DNA of 64,000 bases from assembly GCA_965153355.1 (NCBI GenBank), contig OZ231126.1:24676001-24740000 (forward strand), read 5' to 3'. The notes under the pieces were generated by a model that did no database searches, was not told where the DNA came from, and was given only the letters and a program-made list of their open reading frames with translations. Every line of letters starts with the position of its first letter. Position 1 is the stretch's first letter. This DNA comes from Flaccisagitta enflata (taxonomy: Eukaryota). Shown here piece after piece: positions 43,930 through 58,868 of the stretch. The translations under genes were made by a program, and so were the position numbers.

Positions 43930-44414
43930 AATAGTCGCAAAAGCGTCAGATGGTCAGCGGTGCCCGTTGCCCCTAAGTTAATGTATGTCAGATGTGGAGG
44001 AGCCAATGATCTATGCCAGGATTTAGCCATTGAGGCAAGGATTTAAGACCCAAGGCTGGGATTAGAGCTATGAGGCTTGAATTTTAACCGTGAGGCTGGA
44101 ATTTTAGCCACAAGGCTGGGGTTTAAGCTATATGGTTGGGTTTGAAGCCTCCAGGCTGGAATCGGGGCCTTGAGGCTGGAGTTGGAGCTTTGGGGCTGGG
44201 ATTGGAGCCTTGAAGCTAGAATAGGAGCCATGAGGCTGGAATTGGAGCACTGAGGCTGGGATTGGAGCCTTAAGGCTGGGAAGTGGAGCCTCAAGCTTAG
44301 AATTTGGGCTTTGAGGCCAGGGGGGGGATGGAGCAGGAGGAGGAGATGGAGGAATAATTTCCCTATATGTGTAAAAGAATAGGTCATTGGCCCCTTCGGA
44401 GCCGCTGCCCAAAA
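43930..44414 (-). mobile_element. HINE-like family D (internally deleted)
   Basis: AATAGTCGCAAAAGCG...GGTCAGCGGTGCCCG end shared with 24265. 21-bp GAGGCTGGGATTGGAGCCTT-type array near 44050-44320. GCCGCTGCCCAAAA end. Confidence 0.75.
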
Positions 44415-44919
44415 GCGGCTTAAAGAGGTAGAAGACGGTCTGTCGTGTCTAGCCGAGGGGCAAGGGCAAGTGCAAAAGAAAGGTGACAATATCGTGACCC
44501 TTATAAATCTTGAAATCTTGAGTCTCATGAGATTAGAAAAGAAGTTGAAATATTTGAAACAGCCGGTAAAGCTTCATCAGGCGTAGTTTATGAAGAAGAA
44601 GGAGATAACGAAAAAGATGGAAAAGAACAAGAAAAAAATGAAGAAAATGAAGAAAATGAAGAAAAAAGAAGAAAATGAAAAAGAAAAAAATCGTGAGAAG
44701 AATAAGAAAAAGAAGAAGGCAAGTGATATAAAAGGAAACGGCAGAAGAGGAAATAGCCGAAGAAGAGGATGAAGAAAGAGAATGAGGAGAAGAAGAATGA
44801 GAAAAAGAAGAATGAGAAAAAGAAGAAGAATGAGTTTCTGACATTAGATGGATTTCGATCGGCGGCAACGAGCATAAAAACGTCCTCATAACACTCAAAT
44901 TGGAGAAATCACTCTTGTT

Positions 44920-44958
<39 letters not shown>

Positions 44959-45404
44959 CTTGTTTTCGAATCTCTATCTGTCTATCCATGTTCTGTTAAC
45001 CAGTGTCCCTTCTCATGCTCCAAGGGGCGGCTTCCTCATATTGTTTCATGACTTTTATTGCTTGAGAACAGGGGGATATGTTCCAATCAATTGAACGTTC
45101 CTTTTGGATTCAATGGGTAATAAAACTAATGAGGATCACTGCTCCCCACTCACTTTCACTTCAAAAAAGCAAAAGAGAAGAAGAATGTCAGCTGAGCAAG
45201 TGGGGGACAACGAAGAGGACAACAGAAGAAGAAAAATCGTTAACGGCATTCAACAACTGAACAAAATTTCGCCTTTGAAATGGTAGCGACTATATTTTTC
45301 TTGACCTAACTTACGCAGTACACACTTTTAAACCGCATGTACGACACCTGCTTGTGGATGCGATAGTGCTCATGAGTTCGACTGTCTGTCTGTCTGTCTG
45401 TCTT

Positions 45405-45499
<95 letters not shown>

Positions 45500-45929
45500 C
45501 TTCCTGTGGCTTGGTAATATAAAGCAGCCTTTTTTTGCATCTTTTCGTTCCCTCTGGCTGTGAGGATCTTCTCTCCTCGTTCCATTTCATATTTCTTCCA
45601 TCATATCTCTTTCTCTATTTCATATGTTTCCTCTGCTTTTTCCCTCTCCTCCTTTTCACCCTCCTTCTCTTCCTCCTCCTCCTCCTCCTCCTCCTCCTCC
45701 TCCTGCTTCTTCTTCACCATTGCGTATCACGGTGTCTGCACGTGCTTCTCACCCCCTTTCCCTTCTCGCGTGTGTTACGAGACCCAAATCGAAATCCAAT
45801 CGTCAAATCCATTTCCTCGTTTTTCCTCCTTTTTTCTCCTTTTTTGTCTTTTTTGTCTTTTTCGTCTTTTTCTTCCTTTTTTGTCGACTTTTTCTCCCCC
45901 ATCCCAAAGCTTGTCTTTTTCCTTTCTTG

Positions 45930-46155
45930 TTAGTCACTTTCACACAACTGTGCAACCCGCGTTATCCCTCCATCTGTCCGTCATCCGCCCGCCCGTCCAT
46001 TCATACATCTGTCAAACTTTTTAAAAAAAACTTTTTTAGTGTTTATGGGCGATTACTGCATTACTCATCATGCCTAAATCCATGGTTAGCCATTTTTTAT
46101 TACTGCCCATGTCCACCCGCACGCGACTCTGGTAGCCGTGTATCCGAACTTGTTT
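45930..46155 (+). mobile_element. Degenerate family A HINE
   Basis: CACCCGCACGCGACT...AGCCGTGTATCCG 3' end recognisable. Similar relics near 1194-1325, 20330-20520 and 21355-21545. Confidence 0.55.
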
Positions 46156-46779
46156 TCAAATATATGTATATTTCATTTCTAACGTTAAGCTTTTCTTCTT
46201 CCCACTTAAGCCGCATCTTCTCCATTTTTTTCTCTTTCCCTCATTTTTACCTTTTTCTCTTTTTCTCTCATCTCTATTTACATACTTTTTCTTTCTTTTG
46301 GGGGGGGGAGGAGCATTCTCTCTTGAATGTTTTTTTCCGGTACATGAATTTCTTCCAATAACCATGTGCATTACGAATTTTGACTATCAATCTGCCAAAC
46401 TGCTGCCAATCTGTCTGCCACTTCATTGGACATTCATTCTCTTAACCTGTACACCTGATCTTGACGCGATCCTTTTTTTCTATTTTTTTCCCTTTTTTTT
46501 TGCGCATGAAAAAAAATGCGCTTCCATGGTGTGTCAAAAACTGATGAACTAATCAATTTTCTTCTTTTTCTTGTTATGCTCTCCAGATCATTCTAACTTC
46601 GACATGAAAATCGAAGACAAACGTCGAGATTCTCGTCTTTTTAACTCCACGATTCCCCCGTACCATCCAATGACATTAAAAAATAAAAAAAATCGAATAT
46701 TGCATCTATTTTCCGCTGCGGTTTCGTATGTGTGTGTGACACACTGTGATTGTGAGTGTGTGTTTGTGTTTGTGGTTGT

Positions 46780-48177
<1,398 letters not shown>

Positions 48178-48219
48178 TCAGACTCTCTTTCTCATTCTCT
48201 CTCTTGCCTCCCATAAATC

Positions 48220-48431
48220 CTCAGGAAGCGGCGGTGTCTCGCGGGCGACCAGCCGATCCTTCGCTGCGTTTACTTCCGGTGAATGACGTCACTGCACGTG
48301 CGCGTGCGCGTCTTCTTACATGCGCAAATCGCTGCGTGTGAAACTACATGCGTGCAACTGCCTTCATCTACACAGATTTCACGCATTGAAACACTTTGTT
48401 ACATATGACTTACTTTTACGTGCGGAACCGA

Positions 48432-48463
<32 letters not shown>

Positions 48464-49776
48464 TTTGCTAGTCATCTCTCTCGCGTGAAAATTCATCGAG
48501 ATTCATTAAAGAAGTTCCGCGTGTTCATACGACTTCGTCTTCCTACTCAACATATACGTGCGCGTGCGTGATACTCCCTCGATTTTATAACAAGATTCCT
48601 GGAGCGTAGCGCTACACGCGCGTGCGTGCATGTTAACTCTTCAAATTGACTGACTTGGGCGATGTTTTTTGCCCTTTCGCGTCATTGATCAAGTAGGCAA
48701 ACTTTTCCCCTCATCTTTTTTTTCTCCTTCGCTCGGGGCCGACTTTTGCATCGAATCCCGGTTTGATATTCGTCACGCATTTACGATTTCTTTTACGCTT
48801 TGACTGTTACAATTTCTTCTTGCATCCTTGATTCCTAAATTCATTCCTTCGTTCATGAAATCCTTCACTGGTTGCGAATTTCCGTATTTCATCTTTTCAT
48901 CCGTGACTACGCAACTGCGCATTTTTGTATCACTTCTGTGTTTTTAATCTGTCTACATCGTCGTGTGGACGAGTCATTGCATGCGCATTGAGGAAGCGCC
49001 CAGTGGCGGCGACGGCGACGGCGGCGGCGGCGGCGACGAATCGGCGGCAGGCGGCGTTGGTAGCGTCGGCAGCGTCGGCAGGCGGCGTCATAGGCGGCGT
49101 TGGCGGCAGCGGCAGCAGCGGCGCTTCTAAACTACGTCGTAAAAAACTCGTAAACGGAATCGAGGAGAAGCGAAGGAAGTGAAGTGAGGCAAGAAGAAGA
49201 AGAAGAAGAAGAAGAAGAAGAAGAAGAAGAAGAAGAAGAAGAAGAAGAAGAAGAAGAAGAAGAAGAAGAAGAAGGAGAAGAAGAGGAAGAAGAAAAAGTG
49301 GAAAAAGGAAAGATAAGGAAGGAGAATAAAAGAAAAAAGGCTTAAAACTAAAAAAAGAGTATATTTGAGGAAGAAAGAAAGGAAGTAAAAGAAAAGAAGA
49401 AGAAGAAGAAAACGAAGAGCCCGTGAGTGTTTACTGAGGAAGAAGCAAGAGAAAAGTCAATTCATCTCCATACCTCGTAAACATAGGAGGAAAATATATA
49501 CACACGGCGTCGCCGAGAGGAGAAAAAAAAATCAGCTGAGAAGCGAGGAGGAGAAATTGCCCAAGTGAGGAACAGCTTTTATGAGTGTATCGGAATTTTC
49601 TTCCGGTTGATAAAGACGTCGGAAAAAAAGGACATTTTATCGATTGAAAATAACAAAAGGAGAAATTGAAAAAAAACCCACTCACATCGCATCTACACAC
49701 GAAAATAGTGCCGACGCTGGCACTTCCGGCAATATTCATCTGAACGTCGTCAAAAACCTTTTCCTTTTTTGACAAC
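48220..49776 (+). promoter_or_regulatory. Putative CpG-rich promoter / 5' leader of the Hox gene
   Basis: CpG-rich, transposon-free block directly upstream of the ATG. It holds a tight cluster of ACTTCCGG (ETS-like, 48272-48279), TGACGTCA (CRE, 48284-48291) and CACGTG (E-box, 48295-48300), a GGC-rich stretch at 49005-49125 and a (GAA)n tract near 49191-49272. The TSS cannot be determined. Confidence 0.45.
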
Positions 49777-51301
49777 ATGAGTTCTTACTTTGTAAATTCG
49801 TTGTCCGCCGCGGCTGCTGTAGCCAATCAATGCTACGGCAACCAACAAGGGGGTATCGAAGCCCTGCAGCAGCAGCAGCAACAACATGGTTTCGGATCGC
49901 CACAACAACAGCAACAACAACAACAGCAACAACAGTCTCAGCAGCATCACGCCGCCGATCCGAACAGCATCGCGGCTGCGTTTCAAAACGCCACCAATGC
50001 CGCATCCGCTCACCAACTTCCTGGGGCCTACCACGGCTACGGCATGGCCGCCTATCAGCAACATCACCAACAACAGCAACAACAGCAACAACAACAACAA
50101 CAACAGCAACAGTTGGTGGGGAATCATAACGGCATGTCCGGAGTCAACGGCGTGGACGCGGGCTTCGGCGATCCACCTCTGAGTCCTAGTTCTTCCATGG
50201 AAAGCGCCTCACCTTCGCCAGTCTCCATGGCCACCGGAAATGGCTTCAGTGGCGATTTGTCGGCGCAAGTCGCCGCGGCAGCAGCCGCCGCGGCCGCTGC
50301 TGCAGCAGCAGCTGCCAACAACTCCGCCCCTTCCTCGTCCTCTTCCGCGTCATACTCAAAAGTCCAGATACCCCCGGTTTCGTCCATGCACTCCCAGTCG
50401 CCACAACAACAACAGCAACAGCAACATCATCATCACAGCAGCGGCAACAACGGCAACGGAAACCAAAGCCAATCCCAACAACATCATAACGGCACCGCCG
50501 GATCCCGTCACCAACAGAACTCGACTCCGCCGTTGGGTTTGCAACATAACCAACACTTGGCCGGTCTGGGGGCCGCCACTCCTCAGCCACCACCCGCTCA
50601 TCTTCACCACTCAACTCATTTGGCGCCTCCTCCTTCGCCGTCGACCGCCGGCGGAGGCGGGATGAGTCCCGGCAGCGTCGCTGGAAGATTGTCCGAACAT
50701 TTTACCGGCAGTGGTAGCGGCGGCGGCAGCGTGACTCCAACGGCTTCCTCTTCTTCCTCTTCCAATCATCTCAATCATCATAATCACAATCATCATCATC
50801 ACTCACAGCAGCAACACCAAAAATCTTCTTCATCATCTCGATCTGACGGGCCGCTGGGCGGAGGCAGTAGCGGAGCCGGCGGCGGCAACTCCTCTTCCTC
50901 TTCCTCCTCCTCGGTAGTGGCCTCTTCCTCTTCCTCATCCTCTTCCCCTTCCTCTTCCTTACATGCCTCGGGAAATTCGGCCTCTTCCTCTTCTTCCTCC
51001 TCCGCCAACAACAGTAACAACAATAACAACAACAATGCCAAAGGAACTTCCTCTTCCTCTGCCTCCTCTTCTTCGTCTCCATCTTCAAACGGCGCGTCGA
51101 CATCGAATAGCGGCGGTGGCAGCGGCGATGCGACAGCCGATTCCGCGGCCAACGCATCTCCGTCGTCGAGCGGCGGCAGCGGCAGCAGCGGCAGCAGCAG
51201 CAACGACGATGGCGACGGAGGCGAATCACCGACTCCTGCCACAACTTCCGCGCCTCAAGTCCAAATCTACCCGTGGATGCGGAAGGTTCACATGAGTCAC
51301 G
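49777..51301 (+). CDS. Hox5: Hox transcription factor, coding exon 1 (N-terminal SSYF motif to YPWM hexapeptide), most likely paralogy group 5 (Hox5/Sex combs reduced); homeobox exon not seen in window
   Basis: The ORF starts at ATG 49777 with MSSYFVNSL (Hox N-terminal SSYF motif) and ends PQVQIYPWMRKVHMSH, followed by G|GTGAGT (donor GT at 51302, phase 1). This resembles vertebrate HoxA5 (MSSYFVNS ... QIYPWMRKLHISH, intron at the equivalent position). The exon is 508 codons + 1 nt, GC/CpG-rich, with polyQ/A/S/H/N tracts. PWMRKVH alone also resembles Hox4, so the paralog call is not certain without the homeodomain. Confidence 0.88.
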
Positions 51302-51679
51302 GTGAGTTTGATGCAATAAAGTGGTTGGTCGGTTTTACTGATGAGCCGATCTGCGCGTAGCATCATGTTTAAAGAAACCAGCAACAAGCTAGGAAAAGAA
51401 CTTTAAACTGTAAAGTTAGATAGGTCAAGAATAAATTTCAAGAATGGGTATAATGTGTCCCAGGATATGAAGACAGTCAGAATACCATGGAAACCAAAAC
51501 GTACATTGCTTTAGATTTGTCGGATGGTAGATGGGTACTACACACTGTCCAAATGACCGTCAACGGGGTTATCAATTTGGTTATCTATCGGCTTTGTTGT
51601 CCGGATCATGGTCTAATTGTGTTTCAACACTGTCATTTTGCATAAAAGTGGGGAATTTCTTTGCCTACTTCCTCGTTCG

Positions 51680-52280
51680 AAAGTTCCTTGTCTGTCTCCT
51701 CGTTTGTTCGCCTGTCTGTTGTCTTGTCACTCTCGTTTTCCTAATCATCACCGTATGTCATTAAAGAGAAAACTCTCATTATCTGTGTGGATTGTCTGTA
51801 TCTTCCTCCTTGTCTACTTGCCTCTTCATATTATCATCTCATTAAAAAGCAAAGCTACAAGACTTTTCATTGTGGGTTGTTTCCATATCTGCTTCCTTGT
51901 CCGTTTTCTTGTGCGGATGATCATCTCATCTTGTGTCATTAAAGTTAGAACTTTCCTTGTCTGTCACCTTGTCTGTTTTCTTATACGGATGATCATATCA
52001 TCTTGTGTCATTAAAGTTAGGACTTTCCCTGTCTGTCTCCTTGTTTGTTTTTTTTTTTGTATGGATGATCATCTCATTTTGTGTCATTAAAGTTAAGTTG
52101 TCTGCTTCCTGGTATGTATGATCATCTCATTATACATCATAAAAATTAACACTTCCCCTTGTGGCTCGCTCGTTTCCTTGTCTCTTTCCTCGTCAGTCTC
52201 CTTGTCTGTCTCCTTGTCTGTTTTCTTGTATGGATGATCATCTCATCTTATGTCATTAAAGTTAAGACTTTCCCTTGTGG
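51680..52280. repeat. Degenerate ~60-70-bp minisatellite (TTCCTTGTCTGT...GGATGATCATCTCATC...GTCATTAAAG)
   Basis: The motif recurs several times with substitutions. Confidence 0.75.
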
Positions 52281-52681
52281 GTTTGGCGTTGATGACTCTG
52301 CTTCAAACGAGTCACGTGATTTACGTAAGGCGACGTCTACCGTTGATTATCGTCTTCATCGTCGTCGTCATCGTCTCTTCTTGTTCATCGTCGTCGTCGT
52401 CTTCGGGCAAATCGTCGCCATCGTCGTCGTCACCCACTTAATCGACGAGTTCGTCATCATTTCCATGGTCGTTTGGTTTAGAGCAACGACTTTGACATTC
52501 AAATGATTGAGATAAAGACATCTTAATGGATTCTGATCGCGCTCACAGCCTTTTTATTTCGGGCTTTGCTTCCTTCTTGCGAGCTCACAATTTTTTCATT
52601 TTAGGTTTTGCTTCCTCCTCTCAAGCTCACCGCCTCTCGTTACAAGTTTTACTTCGTTCTTTTGCGCTCACATCACAGCCA

Positions 52682-52990
52682 TGTAGGTGGTTTAGGTGGA
52701 TTTAGGGGGTCGGTGACAGGCTGGTGAAATAAACTTTAGGGGTTGTCGCAATGGTCGCATTATCTAGATATCATCGAGATATTCCCTATGTAATATCTCG
52801 ATATTTTTCCCAATGCGACAACCCCTCAAGTTTAGTGGCCTAAACAGGCATTGTGTAGGTGGTTTAGGTGGATTTAGGCGGTCCGTGACAGGCTGGTGAA
52901 ATAAACTTCGTGGAGTGGGCTAAACAAGCATTGTGTAGGTGGTTTAGGTGGATTTAGGCGGTCCGTGACAGGCTGGTGAAATAAACTTCG
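52682..52990. repeat. Three direct ~55-bp repeats (80-bp period) with an inserted hairpin
   Basis: TGTAGGTGGTTTAGGTGGATTTAGG...GGCTGGTGAAATAAACTT at 52682, 52854 and 52934. Inverted repeat at 52730-52834. Confidence 0.85.
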
Positions 52991-53481
52991 TTGTGTGGCG
53001 ATTCACATTTTACATGGCTGTGTCGCATGGTCGATTTGTCGACCAGGGGGAGGGGGTGGCGTTTTGTATCCTGCCTTGTTTGTTTTAACTTCCAACTCAT
53101 TACTGCCTTGCTAACGACCTCCTCACTTTCAGTCTTTGTCGCGGCCTCTCTGTTTTCTAGCCTTTTCCTCATCACTTCACTCTCCCCTTAATTCCTTAGC
53201 ATCATACTCGACTTAAAAATGTGCAATGAGGGACTGAGAAGAAAGTTTTTTTCTCTTTTGCGGTTAGGCCAGGATGATATCATTTCCGTCATTGCTACAA
53301 GAGGACGAACAAGGACGAAGTGGCATGTGCTAATTGAGATATGACTTTGAGTAGAGTTTGCAAATACCTTCCATTTTTGGCAGAGGTTTTTTAACTCTCC
53401 ATTCACATCTCTCCCTTTTTTGAAGAAAACCTTAAGGACATCATATTACTAATTCCTTGTGTCTATCTCTCCATTGGGTTT

Positions 53482-53830
53482 ATCTCTCCATTTTTTGAAA
53501 ATACCTGTTATATGACTAATCATCTCTCCATTTTTGAACCATCTCTCCATTTTTTGAAAATACCCGCTATATGACTAATCATCTCTCCATTTTTGGACCA
53601 TCTCGCCATTTTTGAACAATCTCTCCATTTTTTGAAAATACCTGCAATATGACTAATCATCTCTCCATTTTTGAACCATCTCTCCATTTATTGAAAATAC
53701 CTGCTATATGACTAATCATCTCTCCATTTTTGAACCATCTCTCTATTTTTTGAAAATACCTGCTATATGACTAATCATCTCTCCATAATTGAACCATCTC
53801 TCCATTTATTGAAAATACCTGCTATATGAC
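53482..53830. repeat. 59-bp minisatellite, about 6 copies
   Basis: AAAATACC recurs every 59 bp (one 78-bp unit). Internal CATCTCTCCATTTTTGAA subrepeat. Confidence 0.9.
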
Positions 53831-54403
53831 ATTTTTGTACATTCGCATGTGACATCCAAGTAATATCCAATTGATTATGATTTATGCGTGCACGGACCAG
53901 ATGAAATGGATCCTCAGGGTGAACATAGCGTCCCGTATCTAGGTCCGCGAGTCGTGGTTAGAGAGGGATAAAATAACCTTGATCAAGCGCTAATGATGAT
54001 GGGGCATCGAAGGATAAGAATAATACGATATGTCATGACGTTGAGGTTCATCATCAAGGGCACTGTCGCTTCGAAAACAAGTTCTTCCATAGACTAATGG
54101 TAAAACATACACTCATAATATTGCAATTGCACGGGCCCATCATATTATGTGCGTCCTCGCACATCTATGAGCGGTTGTCCTAGCTTTATCCGCTAAGAAA
54201 TGGCATAGGGATGAAGACAGGTTGTCATGAATTTGAGTATTCACTATGGGATTTGCCTGTTTTTTGTTCGTTGTTACATAGAAACAAAAATCATTGAGTA
54301 AAAAAATCGTTTTTGGCGCCATCTTGAAGAAACTTTTATTTGCTCATGGATATCAAGTAGCTGTGACAATTCTGAATTGCATTATTAAGAAAAACGCCAA
54401 GAC

Positions 54404-54651
54404 AACAAGGCCGGATACACGGCTACCCCAGTCGCGTGCGGGTGGGCAGGGGCCATATTTGAGGTCAGTGGAGCATTTGGGCAGGAGCGGTATAGCCAAA
54501 AACCCCATAGAAGCCGAAAAAGTAAAGTGTGACGGACCGACGGACGGACGGACAGACGGACGGACGGACCGACGGACCGACGGACCGACGGATCGATGGA
54601 CCGACGGACCGACAAAGCGGGGTGTAGAGTCGCGTAGCACGCGACTAAAAA
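54404..54651 (-). mobile_element. DINE-1/HINE-like family A (young), in Hox intron
   Basis: Full-length, with intact subTIRs and hairpin. Confidence 0.85.
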
Positions 54652-55124
54652 TTGCTAAAAGAATAAAAAGACAATATTTGCCCTTTTTCCTATTGGTGAT
54701 ATTTTTCTTCAAACCTATGCCATTTCTAAACGAATAAAGCTACAGATACCAGACACGACTCAAATGAAAGATCTTACAAGCATCACCAACTTCAATCCAT
54801 TTTTCTTACGTTATGGCTCAAAAGAAAAATTTTGAAATCCGCCATTTTTTATGCCCCCAAGGTTATCCCTGTTTAATTGCTTGGGTTGTCTTGTTCTATT
54901 GCATCGACTTCGTACCGGAAATGTCGCTTTTGCTTGCGCAGGTAAGAAGCCTCACTGTTCCGTGTTGCTTTGTGTTGTTTTGTTTTGTGTTGTTTTGTGA
55001 CGTGTTGTGTTATGTTGTTTTGTGTTGTGTGCTGTGTTGTATCGTCATTCGGTGATGAAGGGAGCGGTTGAAGTTCTCTCTCACGATTCGCCACCTGTGT
55101 TCCCGGGTTTGATGATCGATGGAA

Positions 55125-56630
<1,506 letters not shown>

Positions 56631-56978
56631 TTCAATCTATTTTCTCCATCCTCCACCAGTCCACCACTCTCTCTCCTCTAACCTCTCTTCAGGATCCTTT
56701 GTCATACTATCCACCAACTGGCTCCATCCGTTACCATTTTTTTGCCATCTACGTCTGAGTGAAAAATCGTCAGTGAGTGTCAGACTCGGGGTTCACTTCC
56801 CGTCTTTTTGCCACCAACATCGCCAGACGTTGGTAACCCCTCAAAAAATCTCCTCTTCCTCTTCTTCCCCATCCCCCCCTTCCTCTTCCCCCTCCTCTCA
56901 TTCTTCCTCCTCCTCCATTTTCTTTTTTTTTCTCCTTTTCTCTTCTTTTTGCTTTCCACGTCTTGTGTGGTCTGATAA

Positions 56979-57111
<133 letters not shown>

Positions 57112-57758
57112 CTCTTTCCTTTCTGGATCTCTCTTTTCCTCGCTTTCTGTCTCAGCACGCAGTTTCTGTCTGTCTGTCTGTCTATTTGTCTGTCTATCTG
57201 TTCGTCTCACTGTTTTCCTTTCTTTCTGACTGACTGTCTGTGTGTCTGTCTTTCTGACTTTTTGTCTGTCTGTCAGTCTGTCTGTCTTTTTGTCATTCTG
57301 CCTGTCTGTCTTTCTGTCTACTTTTTTGGCTCACTTTTTGTCTACTTGTCTGTCTGTCTGTCTGTCTGTCTTCTTCATGATTCCACGATTTCTTCTGGTA
57401 ATTATAAACAAATTATTTCTTTGTAGCCATCCAACTGCTCGTTTACAATCATCAATCTGCGACGAGGGGCGTCAGTTTTCACATCACAAGCTAAATGATC
57501 ATTGTTTGATATTTTTCAACTTTCATTGCTTCATTTCTTGCTTCGATTCTTCCGATTTTCATAGTGTATAATAGCTGTAAAAAAATCGCTGTAAAAAGAT
57601 ATCAAACATTAATTTTAAAGTTACTTCCTTCAACTCAGCCTAATTATCCCCCCCCCCCCCCCCCCCAGAAATATAAATCTTTAGATTTTATCAAACATTA
57701 TTTGTCCTGTCTTTGGCTTTAGAATCGCAAAGTGTTTTTGCAAGAGTTTCGCAGAGTT

Positions 57759-58000
57759 CACCTTGATCTGGGGGCTGAGAAAAACCCGAGATGAATCTAG
57801 CATGTTTCAATAGCTTAATTTACATGAAAAGCATACTTCTAGTTAACCCAGTGAGATAAAATTTTAACTGAAGCTCTGCAAAACCATCGGCTTTCTTCAT
57901 GTAAAATTTCATCCCACTGGGGCAACTAGAAGTATGCTTTTCATGTAATTTAAGCTATTTAGATTCATCTCGGGTTTTTCTCAGCCCCCAGATCAAGGTG
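57759..58000. mobile_element. Transib/RAG-like non-autonomous MITE with RSS-like TIRs
   Basis: TSD GAGTT at 57754-57758 and 58001-58005. Termini CACCTTG...CAAGGTG. Inverted arms of about 100 bp. Both ends read CACCTTG-ATCTGGGGGCTG-AGAAAAACC. Confidence 0.8.
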
Positions 58001-58278
58001 GAGTTGAGTGTTGGTTGACATGGTGTTGCGCAATTTTAAGATGTTAGCATCAAACAGTCACAGTTGAGAGTTGGTTTGCACGGTGATATGGTAATTTTCT
58101 CCTAACTCCGTTTCTTGCAATGGTAATAAAATGGTACGAAGGGAATAAAAACGATTTTTCATCCTTCCTGGGTCGAAGCTAGGTGAAAAATGATTTTCTT
58201 TTCCCTTAGAATTGATTTGCATTTTTGAAAAAAAAACGAAGTCTTTGAACTTGGAAGAAAAAACGGGAAGGGGCTCAA

Positions 58279-58360
<82 letters not shown>

Positions 58361-58563
58361 ATTGCATATCTCTCAGTCAGTGTGGTCCGCCTCTGATCTG
58401 AATATTTAATGGAAATGGACAACAACCCTCCAAAGAAAAAGGATGGTGAAACCCCCTCCGCAATTTTTCAAAACTTCAACCCCTGATCTAATTTGCATAC
58501 GTCTGACTTTGACTGCATACATCTAACGCTCCGGACTGAGAGATAGTGTTTGTTAAAGAGAGG

Positions 58564-58868
<305 letters not shown>

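Noticed and set aside
49736-51316. Antisense and alternate-frame ORFs over the Hox exon
   Set aside because: Shadow ORFs caused by GC-rich, low-complexity coding sequence.
52682-52990. CRISPR-like repeat-spacer appearance
   Set aside because: Eukaryotic context, only three repeats, irregular spacers and no cas genes.
53945-54015. CGTGGTTAGAG...TAAAATA...AAGCGCTAA, reminiscent of a pistol ribozyme
   Set aside because: P1 cannot pair, the pseudoknot has a mismatch, and the GCG and GU cleavage-site nucleotides are absent.
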